Origin: an uncultured Candidatus Saccharibacteria bacterium
Lineage (GTDB): Bacteria; Patescibacteriota; Dojkabacteria; J137
Assembly (NCBI GenBank): GCA_964620955.1
Contig: CAZUKH010000001.1
Coordinates: forward strand, 190,810 to 254,809
Length of the DNA: 64,000 nucleotides
Direction of reading: 5' to 3'
Part shown: positions 57,513 to 64,000 of the stretch, piece by piece
How the letters are laid out: every line of letters starts with the position of its first letter
How positions within the stretch are numbered: the first letter of the stretch is position 1
Notes under the pieces: model-generated
The model's database searches: none
What the model was told of the DNA's origin: nothing
The model's input: the letters and a program-made list of their open reading frames with translations, nothing else
Made by a program: the position numbers and the translations under genes

Positions 57513-57863
57513 GTGGCACAAAGTTTGCTTAGAATAAAATCTTACAACTTCGCTTTAAAAGTAGTTGGGTTATACGAGGAGCTACGTATGTCAAAAGAAT
57601 ATGATTTGGCGCGGCAATTACTAAAAAGCGGGACATCTATAGGAGCTAATATTGAAGAAGCTTTCGGTTCCCAGTCTAAGAAAGAGTTCTCTTCAAAGCT
57701 GTCAATCTCGTATAAGGAGTGTTTAGAAACAAAGTACTGGTTAAATTTGCTTGTAGATAGTGATAAAATTGAAGCTAATAAGGGGGAAGAGCTCATACAG
57801 AACCTAACTGAGATAGCCAAGATGTTAGCTAGCTCAAGAATTACCGTGATGAAGAGTTTATAG
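57513..57863 (+). CDS. four-helix-bundle protein (23S rRNA intervening-sequence protein family)
   Basis: 116 aa. SYNFALKVV...LARQLLKSGTSIGANIEEA...KYWLNLL pattern of the TIGR02436-type family. Confidence 0.7.
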   Translation: MAQSLLRIKSYNFALKVVGLYEELRMSKEYDLARQLLKSGTSIGANIEEAFGSQSKKEFSSKLSISYKECLETKYWLNLLVDSDKIEANKGEELIQNLTEIAKMLASSRITVMKSL

Positions 57864-57890
57864 CTTTTAGTTTATACCTTTTCGTTCTAT

Positions 57891-58553
57891 ATGTTTTTTC
57901 ATATTATCACTGCTTTTCCGAATGCGTTTTCGTATTTAAATGAAAGTATGCTAAGAAAAGCGCAGTTAAAAAAGCTTATACAATTAAGCATTATTGATTT
58001 AAGAGAATTTGGAATTGGTAAACGTAAAAAAATTGACGACAGACCCTTCGGCGGAGGAGCAGGTATGCTTTTGCAAGTCGATCCTGTTTATAAGGCACTA
58101 AAAAGCTTAGGTGTTTATCCAAACCGTAAGAAAAATACCAAAATAATTCTTACTTCACCCCGTGGCACGTTATGGAACCAGTCAATAGCTAACCAGTTTT
58201 CTCAATCTATAAAGCATGTTGTAATAATTTGCGGCCATTATGAAGGAGTCGATGAAAGGATTTCGCAAAATCTTGTGGATGAGGAGGTAAGCATAGGAAA
58301 TTACATTCTTTCGGGAGGGGAACTTGCATCAATGATAATCGTAGATTCTATTTCGCGTTTAATTCCTGGAGTTTTAGGAAACGAAAATTCTCCATTAAAT
58401 GAAACTTCTTTTGATTATGGTCAGGTTTCGCCAGAGCATCCTCAGTACACCAGGCCAGAGATTTATAAAACTGAAGAAGGACAGGAATGGAAAGTACCAC
58501 AGATTCTACTCTCCGGAAATCATGCAGCAATAAAACAATGGCAAAATCAGTAA
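57891..58553 (+). CDS. trmD: tRNA (guanine37-N1)-methyltransferase
   Basis: SPOUT-fold motifs IDDRPFGGGAGML and GHYEGVDER. Confidence 0.9.
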   Translation: MFFHIITAFPNAFSYLNESMLRKAQLKKLIQLSIIDLREFGIGKRKKIDDRPFGGGAGMLLQVDPVYKALKSLGVYPNRKKNTKIILTSPRGTLWNQSIANQFSQSIKHVVIICGHYEGVDERISQNLVDEEVSIGNYILSGGELASMIIVDSISRLIPGVLGNENSPLNETSFDYGQVSPEHPQYTRPEIYKTEEGQEWKVPQILLSGNHAAIKQWQNQ

Positions 58554-58588
58554 ATAGGCAGAAAGCTTGGTGAGGTTACAATCAATTT

Positions 58589-60445
58589 GTGCTAAAATGC
58601 ATTTCATTCCACTTCAATAAGGTTTTCATGAAAAAGTCTAAAAAAAATGTAAAATTTCGTGATCTTGTTGGGGCTTATTTGCGTTTACTGGGTTACGGTT
58701 ATAAATCTAATAAGATTATTTTCCCTTTAGTTTTTATCTTAATTTTTATAGTTTCTATCGTTCCGTTTTTTAATACTTTTGTAGATAGTAAAATTGTAGA
58801 CCAAATTGTCAGTCTTTTAAATATTTCTGCTGAAAGTAGAAACCTTGACCAGCTTTTTATCTTTATCGGAATTGCCATAGCTCTCTCATTTTCAGAAAAA
58901 ATTTTATGGGCATGCATAACCTATTTCGAAAAAGTCACATATTTTGCTTCTGCAAGATTGTTTGCAAAGCAATTTACAGATAAATGCGCCAATCTTGATT
59001 TATACCACTTTGAGAATAATGAGACTAATTTAATGATAGAAAAAGCCAAATCCGCTTATGATTGGAAAACACGGGATTCATTAAATAGAATGATTTGGCT
59101 AACTGCAGACCTTGTTAGGATTGTTTCGAGCGTACTAATAGTTTTAAACTTTTCAATTATTGCTTTTTTAATAGTCCTTATAGCAACTCTTCCCTCGTTA
59201 ATAGCTAACACTAAAATGGGTAGAGATACATGGGGAATATGGGACGCAGATACAAAAACAAGAAAGCTTTATTGGTGGACTCGTGATTATCTTACCCGAG
59301 AGGATTACCTTAAAGAATTAAGAATTTTAGGAGCAACTGATTTTTTGGCAAATTTTGTTGAAAACGTTTACGACAAATTTATGAATAAGGCTAAAAAAGA
59401 CCAGCTTAAAAGGACTCTTATAGATTCAATTTTAGGAAATATTTCCACTCTTGGAATACTTGGCTTTTGGATATTTTCAATATTTGCTACTTTAAATGGG
59501 CAAATAACAGTAGGATTGCTCACATTTTACGTGAGCTCGATGTACCGATTCTCGGACGCACTTTCTGGTTTTTTTAGACGAATTGGCCAGCAGTACGAAG
59601 ATGGACTTTATATTATTGACTATATTAAGTTTCTTGACTTAAAGCCAACGCTTAAGCCAGGCCATTTAAAACTTATCCAAAAAGCTTCACCACCACAAAT
59701 AGAGTTTAAGAATGTTAGTTTTTTTTACCCGGATACACAAAGGCTAGTATTAGATAATCTCAGCTTTACAATAAGTCCTGGAGAGAAGGTAGCCTTGGTT
59801 GGTGTAAACGGATCTGGAAAAAGTACTATAATTAAACTTTTATGTAGATTTTACGACGTTACATCTGGAGAGATTCTTATAGATGGGATAAATATAAAAG
59901 ACTTAGATCTTCAAACGTATTATAAACTTATTGGAGCTCTATTCCAGGATTTTAACCGTTATGGGCAGTTTAGTGTCAGTGAGAATGTTAGTATCGGAGA
60001 TGTCAGTAAAGGCTCAAGTGAAAAAGAGATAATGGCCGCTATTAATAAGGCAGATGCGGATAAGTTTATAAGAGATTATAAAGATGGCATTAAGCAATTG
60101 TTAGACAAAAGCTTTGAGGGTGGGATAGATCCTTCAGTAGGTCAGTGGCAAAAAATAGCATTAGCAAGAATCTTCTTTAGAGATCCAAAAGTTTTGATTC
60201 TTGACGAACCAACGAGTGCAATTGATGCAAAGGCAGAGGCTGAAATATTTGACAGACTTTATGAGTTCACCAGAGAAAAGACTGTAATAATTATTTCACA
60301 TAGATTTTCAACTGTACGTAAAGCCGACAGGATAATGGTTATTGATGATGGGAAGCTACAAGAACAAGGAAGTCATAACCAGCTTTTAAAGAACAATGGC
60401 AAATACGCGGAGGCATTTTTAATACAAGCAAAAGGATACAAGTAA
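58589..60445 (+). CDS. ABC transporter permease/ATP-binding protein (exporter type)
   Basis: Six-TM N-terminal domain. Walker A GVNGSGKST, signature-like VGQWQKIALAR, Walker B ILILDEPTSAID. Confidence 0.85.
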   Translation: MLKCISFHFNKVFMKKSKKNVKFRDLVGAYLRLLGYGYKSNKIIFPLVFILIFIVSIVPFFNTFVDSKIVDQIVSLLNISAESRNLDQLFIFIGIAIALSFSEKILWACITYFEKVTYFASARLFAKQFTDKCANLDLYHFENNETNLMIEKAKSAYDWKTRDSLNRMIWLTADLVRIVSSVLIVLNFSIIAFLIVLIATLPSLIANTKMGRDTWGIWDADTKTRKLYWWTRDYLTREDYLKELRILGATDFLANFVENVYDKFMNKAKKDQLKRTLIDSILGNISTLGILGFWIFSIFATLNGQITVGLLTFYVSSMYRFSDALSGFFRRIGQQYEDGLYIIDYIKFLDLKPTLKPGHLKLIQKASPPQIEFKNVSFFYPDTQRLVLDNLSFTISPGEKVALVGVNGSGKSTIIKLLCRFYDVTSGEILIDGINIKDLDLQTYYKLIGALFQDFNRYGQFSVSENVSIGDVSKGSSEKEIMAAINKADADKFIRDYKDGIKQLLDKSFEGGIDPSVGQWQKIALARIFFRDPKVLILDEPTSAIDAKAEAEIFDRLYEFTREKTVIIISHRFSTVRKADRIMVIDDGKLQEQGSHNQLLKNNGKYAEAFLIQAKGYK

Positions 60446-60494
60446 AAAAATTAAGTACTCCTTCATTGCATAATTAGCTAAACTTATTTAGTAT

Positions 60495-62003
60495 TTGATT
60501 AAAGCTCTGGCTAAGATTATGTTAGGAAAATTAATAACAGTGTGTTGGACTTGCATTTTTTGCACAGCCATAACAATTTCATTCGCAGTCGTTAAGGCTC
60601 ACGCCAATGTTGAAAAAGAAAACTTATTCCCATTTGTAAGGTTTGAGTCAAATAATTACTATCCTCAGCAAGGAGAGTCAGTAACTCTTACATGGACTTC
60701 AAAAGGATTTTCAGAAGTTTCGCTAACATCTTCCTTAGGAGAAAGTGAAAAGGTCAGTTTAAGCGGTAAAAAAAACATATTGTTTGTTGAGCCTTTAGCG
60801 TATGTTCTTAAAGCTCAAAATACGAGTGGAGAGTCGCTGGAAGTTCAAATTTTCTTAGGAGAAAAAGATAATCAGTTAGCAGGATTGGCTGATGCTGCCC
60901 CTAAAATTCAAAGCTTTAATATTAGCTTTGAGCCTGGGATTACAAAAACGAAGGCTATGATTTCTTGGTCTACCGAAAATGCAGAGTCCGTAATACTAAA
61001 TATATTAGAATATGATATTGGTCCAAAGGGTTACCTAGAGCTTTATATAGAGCATGACACTATATTTGAGTTGATAGCCACTAATGGTAGTGGTAAATCT
61101 GATTCTGAGTATAGTTTTGTAAGGAACGAGAGTTTGATATATAGAGTAGATTTATTTGTTCCGTTTTTATTAGGTACTACTATTTATCTTCTAGGCATAA
61201 TATTTTTTGTAGCGAATCCACTTAATCCGGTTGTAACTTTATTAAGGATTATTACAGCGTTCAAAAAGCACAATAACTATCTGAGTTTTGGTTATGTGTA
61301 CGATCAAAGTCGTTTAAAGCCAATACCTTTCGCAACTATAGACTTTATTAAACAGGATAAACTAGTATCTTCCCAAATTGCAGATACTTATGGACTTTTC
61401 CGTATTCCTCAAACGCAAATAGATGTTTTAAAAATTAAAGCCTTTGGGTTTGAGGAGCTAGTGATGGATTTAGCCATAAAGCCTAATTCACAATCACAAG
61501 TTGCTGTTATTGCCGAGCTTGTTAGTAAACCTCAAACAGTAGGCAAATTGGCTAAATGGCGATTTATTAATAGAGTGGTGGGTTTTAGCTTGTTTAGAAA
61601 CATTGCCAGGTTTTTTTTTATTTTGGGTTTTGCATACTCACTTTTTTGGTTAGCTTTATATCCTAATCTACAGTTCTTAATTACATTCATTGTATACATG
61701 TGCATATCGCTTTATGGCTATACTCGAATAAGAAAGTCTTTTTACATAAAGACTGGAAGGGTTGTGGACAGCAGAAAAAGGCCTGAGTCTTTTACTAGTG
61801 TTGCATTTTTTAAAGGCGATGAATTAAAAAGAGTTTTTACTACCAATTTATTTGGTGTCTTTGAAGGGTACCTTGATAAAGGCTTATATACAGTAATGCT
61901 TTTTAGAAAAGGAGTTAATTATTACAACTATAACAACATATCAAGGTCATTAGCTGTAGGTAATAGCAGATACTTTGAAAAAGATTTTATCAATAAAAAC
62001 TGA
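60495..62003 (+). CDS. hypothetical membrane protein with extracellular Ig-like repeats
   Basis: Signal anchor, two repeats (ESVTLTWTSKGF / KTKAMISWSTENAESV), then several TM helices. Confidence 0.4.
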   Translation: MIKALAKIMLGKLITVCWTCIFCTAITISFAVVKAHANVEKENLFPFVRFESNNYYPQQGESVTLTWTSKGFSEVSLTSSLGESEKVSLSGKKNILFVEPLAYVLKAQNTSGESLEVQIFLGEKDNQLAGLADAAPKIQSFNISFEPGITKTKAMISWSTENAESVILNILEYDIGPKGYLELYIEHDTIFELIATNGSGKSDSEYSFVRNESLIYRVDLFVPFLLGTTIYLLGIIFFVANPLNPVVTLLRIITAFKKHNNYLSFGYVYDQSRLKPIPFATIDFIKQDKLVSSQIADTYGLFRIPQTQIDVLKIKAFGFEELVMDLAIKPNSQSQVAVIAELVSKPQTVGKLAKWRFINRVVGFSLFRNIARFFFILGFAYSLFWLALYPNLQFLITFIVYMCISLYGYTRIRKSFYIKTGRVVDSRKRPESFTSVAFFKGDELKRVFTTNLFGVFEGYLDKGLYTVMLFRKGVNYYNYNNISRSLAVGNSRYFEKDFINKN

Positions 62004-62011
62004 AACGAGAG

Positions 62012-62473
62012 TTAGAAGCTGGATGCCCATTTAGACGCCTCTTCAATAGAGCCTTCTTTGAGAGGACCTTCTTTACCAGTAACCCAAAATGTTTGTGATT
62101 CAATTTTCACGCCTCCCCTTTTCACTAAAGCATTTAGTAACCTTGGTGCAGCGTTTCCAAAAACTTTTATAAGCCTTTTGGTTATAAATCCGTGTCCTTC
62201 CTGGGGGATGCTTGTGTCAAAAGTGGCAACGCGTATTTCTTTGAAAGATTTCTTATTAGTATTTTTTAAAAAGTTTTTGATATTATCTGTGAACCAGCCA
62301 CCGTGTGTTGGTGTTCCAAAAACTAACAGTTCAATACTTTTTAAATCCTCAAGGGTGAGATCTGAAACTTTTTTAATTTTTGTTGAGTACTTTGTGGAAA
62401 GTTGATCATAAATTGCAGTTGCTAGCTTTTCGGTATTTCCAAATAGTGAGTCGTATGCGACAAGTGCATTCAT
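62012..62473 (-). CDS. flavodoxin-like protein
   Basis: N-terminal LVAYDSLFGNTEKLA (flavodoxin FMN-phosphate loop) and LLVFGTPTHGG. Confidence 0.6.
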   Translation of the reverse strand: MNALVAYDSLFGNTEKLATAIYDQLSTKYSTKIKKVSDLTLEDLKSIELLVFGTPTHGGWFTDNIKNFLKNTNKKSFKEIRVATFDTSIPQEGHGFITKRLIKVFGNAAPRLLNALVKRGGVKIESQTFWVTGKEGPLKEGSIEEASKWASSF

Positions 62474-62572
62474 AAAAAAATATAAAAGTTATTTTAAATA
62501 TTATTGCATGTTTCGGCACTAGGTTAAAAATAAAAATCTCCTGCCGCCAGGCACGATAGTTGAAGTTTCGTA

Positions 62573-62830
62573 TTAAGTACTAGGAGAGTGGGCAATTTCA
62601 TAGATTTGTCTCCGATGTTTTTTGGTACTTTTCAAAAAGTACTCGTAAACAAGTGCTTCGCTTTTGGTAGAGAAATTTTTTTTATAGATAATTACCCAGT
62701 CGGAAGTCATTCTTGTGTATTTTGCCCCCTTACCAGTATTGTGTTTATGCAAACGAGCATTTAAGTCATTTGTATATCCAACATAATGTTTATTTTTGTT
62801 TGAGGAGTAGAGTAGGTATACAAACCACAT
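62573..62830 (-). CDS. GIY-YIG nuclease-domain small protein
   Basis: MWFVYLLYS...HYVGYTNDLNARLHKHNTG is a clear GIY-YIG motif. 85 aa. 15 nt from the tRNA-Pro-like sequence. Confidence 0.65.
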   Translation of the reverse strand: MWFVYLLYSSNKNKHYVGYTNDLNARLHKHNTGKGAKYTRMTSDWVIIYKKNFSTKSEALVYEYFLKSTKKHRRQIYEIAHSPST

Positions 62831-62844
62831 AGTAAAAAAATGAA

Positions 62845-62910
62845 TCGGGGAGACAGGACTCGAACCTGCAACCCCACGCTCCCAAAGCGTGTATTCTAGC
62901 CAATTGAATA
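62845..62910 (-). tRNA. tRNA-Pro(GGG)-like sequence lacking a canonical 5' acceptor strand (possible 3' tRNA fragment/pseudo-tRNA)
   Basis: D-loop, anticodon arm (ACGCT-TTGGGAG-AGCGT), T-arm (GCAGG-TTCGAGT-CCTGT) and 3' acceptor strand CTCCCCG-A are present. No complementary CGGGGAG is found upstream. Confidence 0.4.
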
Positions 62911-63220
62911 TTATAAAAACTTTTTAGATAAATTCATTCCAGATTTTAATATTTTTAATCAAATAATGGTAGAAAGTAGTCAAAAAATCTTAGAAAGACC
63001 TAATCTCTCCCTCGACAATTGAAAAGTGTTTCAATAGTCGTTTCGGTTCGTAAACGGATAATAAGTATATTATTTAGAGTGAGGTAATTATTTTGCTAGG
63101 TTAGCTCTGTTATTTAAGAGAGTGATAGGGGTCCTAGATCATTGAGTTTATCATTAGTAGTATTGGTTATTGGAAATATGGTGTAGTTTTAGGTCTATCA
63201 AAATTTCGAAATTAGGTCTG

Positions 63221-64000
63221 TCAAGCTTTGGTTATATCAAGTAATCTATCTGCAATTTCTTTTTCATCCGGTAGATATTTTGCATATTCAGCAGGGAGTT
63301 CATTATGACTCTTGTAAGTTGCAATTGCCATGGGTTTATTAACGTCTGCTAAAGTATATTCAACAAGTGTTCTGTCTTTCTCTTTACATATAATTATTCC
63401 AATAGATCTATTTTCATCTTCAGTTTTAACTTGTCTATCAAGAGCTGTGAGATAAAATGACATTTTGCCTGCATACTCAGGCTTGAAGTTACCGATTTTC
63501 AATTCAATAGCTACAAAAGATTTAAGTGGGCGATGATATAAAAGTAAGTCTATGAAGTATTCTTCTTTGCTAACTTCAATTTTGTATTGCCTTCCCACAA
63601 ATAGAAAATTGTGGTTCATTTCAATCAAGAATTTCTCAATATTCTGAATAATTGAATCTTCAAGTTCTCTTTCGGAGTGTTCTTCACCAAGTTCGAGAAA
63701 ATCAAAGATGTATTCATCCTTTACTGCGAGCTTTGCCTGATCTCGATATTTTTCATCTATTGCAACATCAAAGTTATTTTGACTATTGATAGATCTTTCA
63801 TAATCTTTAAAAGCGATTTTATTCATTAGTACACGATGAGACCAGCCATTTTTAATGCTCAATTGCATATAGTATTCTCTTTCTGCATTATCTTTACACC
63901 GTTCCAGAACTAAGACATTGTGCGACCAGCTAATTTGTCCAGACAGTGTCTGGATTTTTTTATCTTCCTTATATGTTTCATAAAATCTAACCATATTGAA
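63221..64000 (-). CDS. DUF1016/YhcG-family PDDEXK nuclease (N-terminus runs off window end)
   Basis: FIDLLLYHRPLKSFVAIELKIGNFKPEYAGKMSFYL...DENRSIGIIICKEKD matches the YhcG/DUF1016 restriction-endonuclease-fold signature. The ORF is open to position 64000. Confidence 0.6.
   Translation of the reverse strand, partial: FNMVRFYETYKEDKKIQTLSGQISWSHNVLVLERCKDNAEREYYMQLSIKNGWSHRVLMNKIAFKDYERSINSQNNFDVAIDEKYRDQAKLAVKDEYIFDFLELGEEHSERELEDSIIQNIEKFLIEMNHNFLFVGRQYKIEVSKEEYFIDLLLYHRPLKSFVAIELKIGNFKPEYAGKMSFYLTALDRQVKTEDENRSIGIIICKEKDRTLVEYTLADVNKPMAIATYKSHNELPAEYAKYLPDEKEIADRLLDITKA

Noticed and set aside
63190-63224. Direct repeat TAGGTCT(A/G)TCAA flanking the palindrome AATTTCGAAATT, considered as a stand-alone iteron or att site.
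   Set aside because: Too short and overlapping the stop of the DUF1016 gene to call on its own. It is kept only as supporting context in the tRNA-Pro-fragment finding.
1-64000. Possibility of an alternative genetic code (UGA recoding as in Gracilibacteria/SR1), given the CPR-like gene content.
   Set aside because: Long conserved housekeeping ORFs (dnaA 467 aa, argS 592 aa, uvrD 740 aa, ftsK 753 aa) are uninterrupted under the standard code, so no in-frame UGA recoding is needed.
1-64000. CRISPR arrays, IS elements or transposases, integrases, rRNA genes.
   Set aside because: No regularly spaced direct repeats, no transposase or integrase-like ORFs, and no rRNA-like conserved stretches were seen on either strand by inspection. 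The only mobile-element hints are the GIY-YIG mini-genes, the tRNA-Pro-like fragment and the DUF1016 nuclease, reported above.

Overview
A low-GC (~35%), gene-dense bacterial window using the standard genetic code. The gene content (small GIY-YIG ORFs beside tRNAs, a four-helix-bundle protein, sortase/LPXTG and FemAB-type Gram-positive-like cell-wall genes, many secreted beta-rich proteins) suggests a CPR/Patescibacteria-type genome; this is inference only. It contains the chromosomal replication-origin neighbourhood: dnaA and dnaN on the minus strand, yidD on the plus strand, and a perfect palindromic DnaA-box pair between dnaA and yidD. Recognisable housekeeping genes are rsmI, comM, tsaD, sod, apbE, holA, ftsK, dnaJ, adk, a Mur ligase, argS, uvrD/pcrA, trmD and an ABC exporter. 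Three tRNA-type sequences are present: tRNA-Ser(CGA), tRNA-Arg(GCG as read), and a tRNA-Pro(GGG)-like sequence that lacks a canonical 5' acceptor strand. Accessory content: (i) a three-gene cassette of two large secreted polysaccharide-active enzymes carrying CBM6-like modules and C-terminal dockerin-like repeats, followed by a small secreted cohesin-like protein, which may be a mini cellulosome-like cohesin-dockerin system; (ii) a four-gene operon of secreted proteins ending in a protein with an LPSTA-type sorting signal, plus a sortase/LPXTG substrate pair at the window start; (iii) tandem FemAB-family genes and a DegT aminotransferase directly downstream of dnaN; (iv) an AbiEii-family toxin with a small partner ORF and a HepT-like gene fragment; (v) a pair of paralogous Cys4 small proteins in a locally GC-elevated patch; (vi) mini GIY-YIG genes abutting tRNA genes, and a DUF1016 PDDEXK nuclease at the window edge. 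No CRISPR arrays, IS transposases or rRNA genes were seen.
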